From a virus (Duplodnaviria; Caudoviricetes): a stretch of DNA of 34,725 bases. Positions 8,281 through 16,353 of this stretch are shown here, piece after piece. The DNA is taken from positions 1 through 34,725 of IMG/VR virus record IMGVR_UViG_3300044724_002359; one strand, given 5' to 3'. The position numbers and the translations under genes are program-made. Each line of letters opens with the position of its first letter. The first letter of the stretch is position 1. The notes beneath the pieces were generated by a model. That model searched no databases, was not told the DNA's origin, and saw nothing but the letters and a program-made list of their open reading frames with translations.

Positions 8281-8396
8281 TGCTTTACTCAAAGAAAAAT
8301 AAAGAAATTAAATCTACAAAAAAGAAAACAACACAAGGTCAAGGAAAGCTATCTAAGCCAAAAGGGAATCGAAAATTAAGTAGGGGTCAAGGATGA
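8280..8396 (+). CDS. 38-aa Lys-rich peptide MLYSKKNKEIKSTKKKTTQGQGKLSKPKGNRKLSRGQG
   Basis: TAATG overlap with the polymerase stop and ATGA overlap with the exonuclease start; fills the gap exactly. Confidence 0.75.
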   Translation: MLYSKKNKEIKSTKKKTTQGQGKLSKPKGNRKLSRGQG

Positions 8397-9121
8397 CAAA
8401 GCTACTAATTGATGCCGACTATATCGTCTATAAGAACTGTGCTAGCGCAGAGTACGATATTGATTTTGGTGATGATGTAATCCTAGTAGGAAGTCAGTTT
8501 TCAGAAGCCTATGCAAACACTATTAGAGAAATCAATCGTATTAAATCAGAGTTCCTCGATCCTGATGTCATTCTTTTCTTTAGTGACTCTACTAACTTTA
8601 GGAAACTGGTATTCAATGACTACAAGGGTCATAGAAATCGCAAGAAGCCCTGTGGATACAAAAGAGTAATTCATGCTTTACATGACGAGTATGAGGTTAT
8701 ACGTATGCCCTCACTTGAAGCTGATGATGCTATGGGTATTTATGCAACATCGAATGATGACTGCACCATAGTTTCACCAGATAAAGACATGAAACAAATA
8801 CCAGGATCCTTGTATGATATGAAAGAAATGTTCACAATCACCAAAAAAGATGGTTGGGAATGGTTCTTGATTCAAACATTATCAGGCGATCAAACAGATG
8901 GTTATGCCGGTGCTCCAGGGTTCGGTGTAAAAACTTCGGCAAAATTTTTTGGCGATAATGGTTACACTTGGAATAGTGTTGTCAAAGCGTTTTTATTAAA
9001 AGGTCTAACAGAAGAAGATGCACTTAGGAATGCAAGATTAGCAAAGATACTTACAGCTGATGACTATGACACAGAACAATCTAGACCCATCCTATGGACT
9101 CCCTCCGATGCCAGTAACTGA
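8393..9121 (+). CDS. 5'-3' exonuclease (T7 gp6-like)
   Basis: LLIDAD, YKGHR, LEADD, SPDKDMKQIPG, GDQTDGY motifs. Confidence 0.95.
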   Translation: MTKLLIDADYIVYKNCASAEYDIDFGDDVILVGSQFSEAYANTIREINRIKSEFLDPDVILFFSDSTNFRKLVFNDYKGHRNRKKPCGYKRVIHALHDEYEVIRMPSLEADDAMGIYATSNDDCTIVSPDKDMKQIPGSLYDMKEMFTITKKDGWEWFLIQTLSGDQTDGYAGAPGFGVKTSAKFFGDNGYTWNSVVKAFLLKGLTEEDALRNARLAKILTADDYDTEQSRPILWTPSDASN

Positions 9122-9302
9122 TATTACTCTTGAGCAAGAGTTCAAACTAAAAAGAATGGAAGATCTATTAAAAAAGTGTCCAGCAGAAGATATGATTCCT
9201 TTATTTCTTCAATTACAGAAGACAAACTTTATTCTTACAAACAACATCAGTCAATTACTAGCACAATGGAATCTCCCAGTCACTACACCCGAGGATCAAT
9301 AG
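9060..9302 (+). CDS. nblA: NblA-like phycobilisome degradation adaptor
   Basis: ITLEQEFKLKRMEDLL...LFLQLQKTNFILTNNISQLLAQW matches the NblA pattern (L-S/T-LEQ-x-F, two helices, terminal LL..W). Overlaps both neighbours; starts possible at 9060, 9066 or 9108. Confidence 0.75.
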   Translation: MTMTQNNLDPSYGLPPMPVTDITLEQEFKLKRMEDLLKKCPAEDMIPLFLQLQKTNFILTNNISQLLAQWNLPVTTPEDQ

Positions 9303-9559
9303 AGGTATGGGATTTCATACGAGATCAAGGACTTAATTATCATCTAGGCAATGTTATTAAATATGTTTGCCGAGCCGGTTACAAAGATGCTTCAACGAAA
9401 ACTGAAGACATCAAAAAAGCTATCCACTATCTTAAGAATGAATTACAACACACCACCACCTGCCAGGAACCTGTCAGACCAAGCCACACAGTTCCGTACA
9501 GCGTATGGGATCCAGAATATGAAGGAGAACCGAACTATGCAACGGGATTTGATCGTTGA
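9266..9559 (+). CDS. DUF3310 protein (T7 gp1.7-like nucleotide kinase domain)
   Basis: SPSHY..G.IE..D, LGNVIKYVCRAGYK, EDIKKAIHYL signature; ATG 9266 preferred over the track start at 9176. Confidence 0.85.
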   Translation: MESPSHYTRGSIEVWDFIRDQGLNYHLGNVIKYVCRAGYKDASTKTEDIKKAIHYLKNELQHTTTCQEPVRPSHTVPYSVWDPEYEGEPNYATGFDR

Positions 9560-9815
9560 AGAGTTCAAAGAATTTATGTATGCAGCTACTGAAGAAGGCT
9601 ATGAAAATGAACTTAAAGAACTAGCTGATCTTGTTTATGTCTGCTTTCAATATTCAGAAAACATGGAATGGGATTTAGAAGAAGCACTATACCGTGTTCA
9701 TCAATCAAATCTTTCAAAACTAGGTCTAGATAATAAGCCGATCCGTAGAGCAGATGGGAAGGTGTTAAAAGGACCAAATTATCAACCGCCAAACTTACAA
9801 GACTTAGTTAAATGA
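9438..9815 (+). CDS. MazG-like / all-alpha NTP pyrophosphatase
   Basis: LIVEEFKEF, KELADLVYV, VHQSNLSK, RADGKVLKGPNY motifs; ATG 9438 preferred over 9351. Confidence 0.88.
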   Translation: MNYNTPPPARNLSDQATQFRTAYGIQNMKENRTMQRDLIVEEFKEFMYAATEEGYENELKELADLVYVCFQYSENMEWDLEEALYRVHQSNLSKLGLDNKPIRRADGKVLKGPNYQPPNLQDLVK

Positions 9816-11182
9816 GTGAATTAATTTCTAGAACTGGACGTGTTCAGGCATGGATTGATGATCCATCTGGTCGTCTCCCGGTGTCGTGCACCGTTATGAA
9901 TGTTGAAAACGAACTTGAAGGGACTAACGGAATTGAAGCCTCTTGGAGATTTGCGAGCCACGCTTTACGTCGAGGAGCAGGAGTTGCAATCCATCTATCA
10001 GAACTTGACCCACGAGGCTTCGAGAGAGACTCTGGCGTCATTGCGAGTGGTCCTGTATCATTTGGACGAATCTATTCGACTCTTAACGAAACTCTCAGGA
10101 GGGGTGGAAAATATAAAAACGGCGCAATAGTTCTCCACTTAGATGCAAATCATAAAGACATCGAAGAGTTTATTGAGACTCCAAGAGAAGTATTACCTTG
10201 GGCAAAACGTTGCGTCAATATAACAGATGAGTGGTGGGAGGAGATGGACATTGTTGTCCGTCAAAAACTAATTAAAGGAATTAAAGCCGGTGACATCTGG
10301 CTGATGAAAGTATTCTATGAAGGAACTAAACGAATTCGAGGTAATGTCTGCCTCGAAGTACTACTCCCTTCAAGGGGAACTTGTCTGTTGCAGCACATTA
10401 ATTACGGAGCCTGTACTTTCGATGACATCCCCAAGGCTTACGTTGAGGGGATGCAAGAACTTTGTGAGTTACATGCACGAACAGGTGTTGGAGAGACTGG
10501 CGAATACCTCGATCCTTCCATCGATAGACAGGTTGGACTTGGAGTATTGGGTCTCGCAAACCTCTTACGTAGGTATGGCATCACTTACGACCAATTCGGA
10601 AGGGCTATTGAGCAGTATCTCAGTAATACACCCAAAGCTACTGCCGCTTACTCCTTAGTACAACAGATTGATATTGGCATCAAGGAAGCATCGAAAATTG
10701 CTCGTGAATATAAGATGGTCAGAGCGTTTGCTATCGCTCCCACAGCGTCTTGTAGCTACCGCTCACGGGACTTAGATGGCTTCACCTGTACCCCTGAGAT
10801 TGCACCACCTATTGGACGTACTGTTGACCGTGACTCTGGAACTTTTGGAGTCGAAACATTTAACTATGGTGATGTAGAAATTGCATCAGAAGTTGGATGG
10901 GATAATTACAAACGAGTTGCAGATGGAATGATGCAACTCTATAAACGTAGTGGACTTCTTCACGGGTACTCATTCAATTGGTGGTCAGATATGGCTGAGA
11001 TGAATGACGACTTTATTGAGGAGTGGCTTAAGTCTCCACAAACCTCTCTCTATTATTCTTTACAGGTAATGGGAGACGTTCAGGATAAGACCGATGCTTA
11101 CGCAGCACTTGCAGATGTCGATGTTGATGATTACCTGGACTCAATTATAAATGATGAACCTCAATGTGACTGTCAAGAATGA
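9812..11182 (+). CDS. nrdA: Ribonucleotide reductase, compact class I alpha subunit (cyanopodovirus type)
   Basis: PVSC, GNVCLE (N-x-C-x-E active site), GTCLL, IAPTASCS, the class I tyrosine pair TSLYY, C-terminal CDC; no ATP cone. Confidence 0.9.
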   Translation: MSELISRTGRVQAWIDDPSGRLPVSCTVMNVENELEGTNGIEASWRFASHALRRGAGVAIHLSELDPRGFERDSGVIASGPVSFGRIYSTLNETLRRGGKYKNGAIVLHLDANHKDIEEFIETPREVLPWAKRCVNITDEWWEEMDIVVRQKLIKGIKAGDIWLMKVFYEGTKRIRGNVCLEVLLPSRGTCLLQHINYGACTFDDIPKAYVEGMQELCELHARTGVGETGEYLDPSIDRQVGLGVLGLANLLRRYGITYDQFGRAIEQYLSNTPKATAAYSLVQQIDIGIKEASKIAREYKMVRAFAIAPTASCSYRSRDLDGFTCTPEIAPPIGRTVDRDSGTFGVETFNYGDVEIASEVGWDNYKRVADGMMQLYKRSGLLHGYSFNWWSDMAEMNDDFIEEWLKSPQTSLYYSLQVMGDVQDKTDAYAALADVDVDDYLDSIINDEPQCDCQE

Positions 11183-11892
11183 ACCCATACGAAAAACTAC
11201 TAGCGCGGAAGCGCAAATGGACACCAGTCAAACCTACTGCTGGTACATGCAAAGAGGGTGCGGAGGAAACTGTCCTCCGTGCACTTGCATTGCGACACAT
11301 GGAACTACCTGTGGGAGATTTTATCCGTGATGCAATTAAAACCGACGTACCAAGTGGAGCAAAAACTTTACTGGAATCGAACATCCAAGACGAAATCAAC
11401 CATGACATCGCATTGGGTTATGTTGCCGATGCTTACGGAGTTGATGAAAAGTTTGAGCAAGAAGCGTTACGGCTACGAGATGCTTGGACATCGCATCCTG
11501 ATCACACGATCCTCAAGGCGATGGTTGCCGAACGTGCAATATTCTTTGTTCTCTTACCCTTCTTTCGTTTTTGTGGTGACGCTGGGATGAGAAACTGTAG
11601 TGCCGATATCAGTCGGGACGAACAGATTCACGTAGCAACTAATTCAATTGTATGTAGAGAACTAAACCTTGTTAGTAGTCCTTCATTGGATAAGCTACGC
11701 AAGGCTACTATCAATTGGGTGATGCAACCACTAGGTAGAAGCTCCGATAAATTTCTGGATAAAAAATTTTGGCTCGATTCTAGTGATCGACTTATGTATG
11801 AAGGCAAAGCTCCAGAATTAGCTGCAACCAAAGCAGCAAGAATGCCTAGCTTTTTTGAACATAGCAATGTAAATCTTCCTCGTTATGCTTGA
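11179..11892 (+). CDS. nrdB: Ribonucleotide reductase beta subunit (ferritin-like dimetal)
   Basis: Metal ligand pattern E(MELPV)...DEINH...E(AERAIFF)...DEQIH; ATGA overlap with the alpha subunit. Confidence 0.82.
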   Translation: MNPYEKLLARKRKWTPVKPTAGTCKEGAEETVLRALALRHMELPVGDFIRDAIKTDVPSGAKTLLESNIQDEINHDIALGYVADAYGVDEKFEQEALRLRDAWTSHPDHTILKAMVAERAIFFVLLPFFRFCGDAGMRNCSADISRDEQIHVATNSIVCRELNLVSSPSLDKLRKATINWVMQPLGRSSDKFLDKKFWLDSSDRLMYEGKAPELAATKAARMPSFFEHSNVNLPRYA

Positions 11893-12007
11893 TGCCATAA
11901 AGATATTGCAATGTAAAGCCTGCCACAAAGATGTAAAGATCAATGCTAACTATCCAATCACAGAAGTAACCTGTCAAGCTTGCCATGCAAAAACTAAATA
12001 TGCTTGA
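11885..12007 (+). CDS. 40-aa zinc-ribbon protein (CKAC-x16-CQAC)
   Basis: Manual translation MLDAIKILQCKACHKDVKINANYPITEVTCQACHAKTKYA; 8-nt overlaps with both neighbours. Confidence 0.7.
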   Translation: MLDAIKILQCKACHKDVKINANYPITEVTCQACHAKTKYA

Positions 12008-12161
12008 AGCCCTTGGCATGGAAACACGTGCCATGGTCAAAGAGTTAGATGATAATTTTCCACCACTTACACCTAGTCCTGATGACACAATTGAAAAGAT
12101 TATGTACCGCTCTGGTCAACGTTCTGTTGTTGAGTGGTTAGTACAACGAATGGATGATTAA
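12000..12161 (+). CDS. 53-aa hypothetical protein (…FPPLTPSP…IMYRSGQRSVVEWL…)
   Basis: Manual translation; the motif resembles a small protein I recall upstream of the portal region in T7-like marine phages. Confidence 0.8.
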   Translation: MLEALGMETRAMVKELDDNFPPLTPSPDDTIEKIMYRSGQRSVVEWLVQRMDD

Positions 12162-12163
12162 CA

Positions 12164-13213
12164 ATGGGCTCATTTAATAGGCAATTTACAGAGTACTCTA
12201 AGGATAATTTTATATCTGCAGAAGAACTCCAAAAACTAGGTAGAGGATTTAAAACCATATACCAGACAGGGTCTGTCAAGAATGGTAATCAAGGAACCGA
12301 AACTAGACTCTCAGATGAGAAAGGCTTTTGGAAAAAGTTTAAAAAGAATTATAAAAAGAAAGGTGGTGAAAAACTAGGCATTGCTGGAATTGCTGGAAAG
12401 CCTGATAAAGAGTCACTAACTAAAGCTTATAGTAATCCTAAGTATGGTCCTCCAGTAGCTGAAAAAGAAAAGAAAGAAAAAGAAGACAACAAGTATAAAG
12501 GTTCTATTAAATTACTTAGCGAGAAAGAATTAGAAGGTACACTATATAAACCTGAACGTATTGATACAAGTGATATTGATAAAAGGTATGGACTTGGTAA
12601 GATCCAAGCTGAGGTGGATGAAATAAAAGCAAATGCATTACCTTCTCCTACGCTTAATTTTAAAAAAGGATTACTAAAAGGAATTGGTAGTACTGCACCA
12701 AAACTTGAGGGGCTTAACAAGGCGACTAACAAGGCTAATAAAAGTTTAACTAGATTAATGGATAAGGCATCAAAGTTTGATTCTAATATGACCTTTGATA
12801 TGATACCTGATAAAATCCAGAAAAAGATAACACTTCAATCAGAAAAGCTAGGACCATCAGGTCAAAACTATAAACCAATTAAAAATAAGGATTCTGCATT
12901 TGAAGATGTCCTTCCAAAGCCAGCATTCACAGAGCGACCCTTTGCTTTCCCATCTACTACTAAAGCTGAAGGTGTTACTCTGACAAAAGAGCAAGCAGAA
13001 AAAAACTTTAATCCGATTAAAGCCGCTAAGCAGTTCTCTAAAGAGAAGGAGAAGAACTTTAATCCGATTAAAGCCGCTAAGCAGTTTTCTAAAGAGAAGG
13101 AGAAGACTTCATTTAAGGATGTCCTACCTAAGCCAGCAAAGAAGGGATCATTTGGGGTCCCATCTACTTCTAAAGCAAAAGGTGTTTTCCTCAAAAAAAA
13201 TAAGAAGAAGTAA
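12164..13213 (+). CDS. Lys-rich hypothetical protein with C-terminal repeats
   Basis: 349-aa ORF, TAATG-coupled to the portal gene; no recognisable domain. Confidence 0.75.
   Translation: MGSFNRQFTEYSKDNFISAEELQKLGRGFKTIYQTGSVKNGNQGTETRLSDEKGFWKKFKKNYKKKGGEKLGIAGIAGKPDKESLTKAYSNPKYGPPVAEKEKKEKEDNKYKGSIKLLSEKELEGTLYKPERIDTSDIDKRYGLGKIQAEVDEIKANALPSPTLNFKKGLLKGIGSTAPKLEGLNKATNKANKSLTRLMDKASKFDSNMTFDMIPDKIQKKITLQSEKLGPSGQNYKPIKNKDSAFEDVLPKPAFTERPFAFPSTTKAEGVTLTKEQAEKNFNPIKAAKQFSKEKEKNFNPIKAAKQFSKEKEKTSFKDVLPKPAKKGSFGVPSTSKAKGVFLKKNKKK
13004..13105 (+). repeat. Tandem 51-bp duplication encoding NFNPIKAAKQFSKEKEK twice
   Basis: 13004-13054 and 13055-13105 differ by one synonymous base (TTC/TTT). 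Confidence 0.95.
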
Positions 13214-14772
13214 TGGAAAAAGCAAAAGCACGTTACGATTATCTTAGATCATTTCGTGATCAATATCTACAGACTGCATTGGAAGCAGCACGTCTCACTA
13301 TTCCTTATCTTATTCGTCAGGATGATGAGGACGGTACTAAAAGTCGTAGTCAATTAAAGACTCCATGGCAAGCAGTTGGTGCACGTGGTGTATCTACACT
13401 TGCTTCCAAATTGATGCTTGCATTAATGCCACCTCAAACTAGTTTCTTTAAGCTACAACTTGATGAAGCTAAGCTCTTAGAGCAAAAGATTGATGCAAGT
13501 GTCCGATCTGATATTGATCTAAGTTTCTCAAAGATTGAGAGAACTATTAATGAAATGATCTCTGCATCAGATGACAGAGTCATTGTTCACCAAGCAATGA
13601 AGCATCTTGTTGTCTCTGGTAATGCATTGATCTTCATGGATAAGGATCAGCTCAAAATTTATCCACTGAATAGGTACGTTGTAGATAGAGATGGCAGTGG
13701 TAATGTCATTGAAATTGTCACAAGAGAACGAGTTCATCGTAGTCTTGTAGAACCACGTCTTCCTAAAGAAGCAGCTAGACAGATGAATCCCGTTGGGGAT
13801 GATGGTGAGTCATCTAGTAGGCATGAAGATGTCGATGTCTATACACATGTAAAGCGTGATAATAATCGCTTTGTATGGTACCAAGAATCGATGGACTATG
13901 TACTAGAAAAATCTTTTGGTAAAGCACCATTAGAAACCAATCCTTGGATTTGTCTAAGATTTAATACTGTGGATCAGGAGCCTTACGGTAGAGGCAGAGT
14001 AGAGGAGTACATGGGAGATCTCAAGTCTCTTGAAGCACTCTCTCAGGCAATTGTAGAAGGCTCTGCAGCAGCTGCAAAGGTGGTCTTTGTTGTATCTCCT
14101 AGTAGCACTACAAAACCACAGACTCTGGCGCAGGCTGGTAACGGTGCCATTGTCCAGGGTAGACCTGATGACATTGGCGTAATTCAAGTTGGTAAAACAG
14201 CTGACTTCCAGACTGCCCAAGCAATGATGCAAAACCTAGAGAAGAGACTAGGAGACGCATTCCTTATCTTGCAAGTACGAAACAGTGAGCGAACAACAGC
14301 TGAAGAAGTACGACTTACTCAACTTGAATTGGAGCAATCACTAGGTGGACTATTCAGTCTTTTAACTGTTGAGTTCCTAGTACCTTATCTTAGTAGAAAG
14401 ATGAGTGCATTACAAAAATCTAATGAGATACCACGTCTTCCTAAAGACTTAGTCAAGCCAACTATTGTGGCAGGAATTAATGCAATTGGACGTGGACAAG
14501 ATAGTGATGCATTAACACAGTTCATGACTACTATAGCTCAGACTGTTGGGCCTGAAGCAATTGCTCAATACATTAATAGTGATGAGCTAATCAAAAGGTA
14601 TGCAGCAGCACAGGGTATTGATTATCTTAACCTTGTCAAGACAAAAGATGAGTTGGCAGCTGAACAAAACGCTCAGCAAAATAATGCTTTAGATATGGAG
14701 ATGGCTAAGCAAGCAAGTTCATTTGCTGCTGTCGATCAACAAGCTCAAGCAAACGCTGCTCAACAAATTTAA
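13213..14772 (+). CDS. Portal / head-tail connector (T7 gp8-like)
   Basis: GARGVSTLASKLMLALMPP, YGRGRVEE, ERTTAEEVR, LGGLFS motifs. Confidence 0.96.
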   Translation: MEKAKARYDYLRSFRDQYLQTALEAARLTIPYLIRQDDEDGTKSRSQLKTPWQAVGARGVSTLASKLMLALMPPQTSFFKLQLDEAKLLEQKIDASVRSDIDLSFSKIERTINEMISASDDRVIVHQAMKHLVVSGNALIFMDKDQLKIYPLNRYVVDRDGSGNVIEIVTRERVHRSLVEPRLPKEAARQMNPVGDDGESSSRHEDVDVYTHVKRDNNRFVWYQESMDYVLEKSFGKAPLETNPWICLRFNTVDQEPYGRGRVEEYMGDLKSLEALSQAIVEGSAAAAKVVFVVSPSSTTKPQTLAQAGNGAIVQGRPDDIGVIQVGKTADFQTAQAMMQNLEKRLGDAFLILQVRNSERTTAEEVRLTQLELEQSLGGLFSLLTVEFLVPYLSRKMSALQKSNEIPRLPKDLVKPTIVAGINAIGRGQDSDALTQFMTTIAQTVGPEAIAQYINSDELIKRYAAAQGIDYLNLVKTKDELAAEQNAQQNNALDMEMAKQASSFAAVDQQAQANAAQQI

Positions 14773-14780
14773 TTACTGAT

Positions 14781-15014
14781 ATGACAGAAGAAACTAAACA
14801 ACCGAATAAACCTGCAGTTAAAAAGCGTTCACAAAAACGTCAAGAACTACCGCCAGATGAAGAACGTTCACCTGGCATTGCAGGCAACCCAAACAAATAC
14901 GCCAACCGACCAAAGATTGGTAAACCCACCATTGGCAAATCACCCAATTATGTTGAGTCGGTTGGTCTTGGTAACTTAAAAGTAATTAGCGCAAATGGCA
15001 ACAATGACGTATGA
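14781..15014 (+). CDS. Small basic hypothetical protein between portal and scaffold
   Basis: 77-aa ORF filling the gap; overlaps the scaffold start. Confidence 0.7.
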   Translation: MTEETKQPNKPAVKKRSQKRQELPPDEERSPGIAGNPNKYANRPKIGKPTIGKSPNYVESVGLGNLKVISANGNNDV

Positions 15015-15765
15015 CGCCAGTGAAAGTACTGGCGAACTGACAGCTGAAGAACAAGAGTCTTTGGCTGTTGGTGAGAAGATGCAGCAGGAAGAAGCTCAGC
15101 TCCTAGCTGGAAAGTATAAGGATGCTGAGGAACTTGAAAAAGCATACATCGAACTACAAAGTAAACTAGGTAAAGAACCTGCTACAGCTGAAGATAAAGC
15201 TGAGCCTGAAGCACAAGCTGAGCCTGAAGCAGAAACTGAAAACGATTTCTTTGATGAACTTTGGAACGAAGCTCAGTCTGATTCTGAAGAATACTCTGCT
15301 GAGATTATTGAAAAATTAAAAAGCAAGAGTCCTACAGAGTTGGCTCAAGCTTATTTAGATATGAGATACAAAGCTGACCAACAACCTGAATCACAAGGTA
15401 TGAGTGAAGCCGATGCCAATAGTCTTAAAGACATGGTAGGTGGTGAGACTAAATACAATGACATGTTGAAGTGGGCTAGTACAGCATTTAACAAAGAAGA
15501 AGTCTCCCTCTATGATCAAGTTATGCAGAGTGGAGATCGGGCTGCATGTTTCTTTGCAGTGCAATCACTTGCACAACGGTATGGTAATTCTGAAGGGATA
15601 GAAGGTGAAATCCTAAAAGGTAGAGCACCACGTTCTGATAAAGGTGATGTATTTAAAAGTCAGGCAGCACTAGTACGTGCAATGTCTGATCCTAAGTATG
15701 ACGCTGACCCTGCATACCGTGCAGAAGTGATGGAAAAACTAGGACGCTCACCAATCAATTTTTAA
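14995..15765 (+). CDS. Capsid assembly scaffolding protein (T7 gp9-like)
   Basis: Acidic; LAGKYK..ELEKAY; VGGE..Y..ML.WA; C-terminal AMSDPKY..DPAYRAEV..KL. Confidence 0.93.
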   Translation: MATMTYDASESTGELTAEEQESLAVGEKMQQEEAQLLAGKYKDAEELEKAYIELQSKLGKEPATAEDKAEPEAQAEPEAETENDFFDELWNEAQSDSEEYSAEIIEKLKSKSPTELAQAYLDMRYKADQQPESQGMSEADANSLKDMVGGETKYNDMLKWASTAFNKEEVSLYDQVMQSGDRAACFFAVQSLAQRYGNSEGIEGEILKGRAPRSDKGDVFKSQAALVRAMSDPKYDADPAYRAEVMEKLGRSPINF

Positions 15766-15780
15766 CAACTAACAATTATT

Positions 15781-16137
15781 ATGAAAACTATTTTTGCTGC
15801 CGGTATCCTCCTCGCATCAGTCTCCGGTCCAGCAATCGCTGGTCCATACGCAAACATTGAAACCAATTCCTCAAAGCTTGGTCATGATCATCAGTCCACT
15901 GTGACTGAGACGCATGGTGGCTATGAAAATAAAATTGGTGAAGATGGTAGCTATTACTTCCAAGCTGGACCAGCCATTGTGTCTCCATCTGGAGAGGATA
16001 GCAATGTTGAATTCTCCGGTAAAGTCGGTGCTGCTTATCAGGTAACTGAGAAGGCCAATCTTTATACAGAGTATGCATTCCTTACTGGAGACAAAGTAAG
16101 CTCTAGCTTTAAAGCTGGAATCAAGTACAACTTCTAA
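15781..16137 (+). CDS. Secreted outer-membrane beta-strand protein (OMP/porin-like)
   Basis: Sec signal peptide (MKTIFAAGILLASVSGPAIA|G), alternating amphipathic strands, C-terminal beta-signal KAGIKYNF. Confidence 0.75.
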   Translation: MKTIFAAGILLASVSGPAIAGPYANIETNSSKLGHDHQSTVTETHGGYENKIGEDGSYYFQAGPAIVSPSGEDSNVEFSGKVGAAYQVTEKANLYTEYAFLTGDKVSSSFKAGIKYNF

Positions 16138-16146
16138 TTTTTAATC

Positions 16147-16353
16147 ATGGGATATAACCCTAGCAACAGATCTATTTCAAAAGTACAGTACGTTGTAAAG
16201 ACAACTGGTGACCAGTGGTTCCAAACCACAACTGGTTACGGTGATAGTCCTGAAGCTGGAACTACAGCACAACGTCTAGCACAATGTAAGGTTATGTCAG
16301 GCAAGAAAGCTGATGGCACGACTGATATGGCTGAAGAAGTCGTAGCTTCATAA
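16147..16353 (+). CDS. 68-aa hypothetical protein
   Basis: ATG-started ORF filling the gap before the capsid leader. Confidence 0.65.
   Translation: MGYNPSNRSISKVQYVVKTTGDQWFQTTTGYGDSPEAGTTAQRLAQCKVMSGKKADGTTDMAEEVVAS

Noticed and set aside
9812-11182. Class II (B12-dependent) NrdJ call
   Set aside because: The YY radical-transfer pair and an adjacent ferritin-like beta gene indicate class I.
13004-13105. CRISPR-like or DGR template/variable repeat
   Set aside because: Two abutting coding copies with no spacers, no adenine-specific variation and no reverse transcriptase in the window.
15197-15240. 18-bp tandem repeat in scaffold (AEPEAQ/AEPEAE); similarly the poly-Asn near 30842
   Set aside because: Ordinary low-complexity linker slippage.
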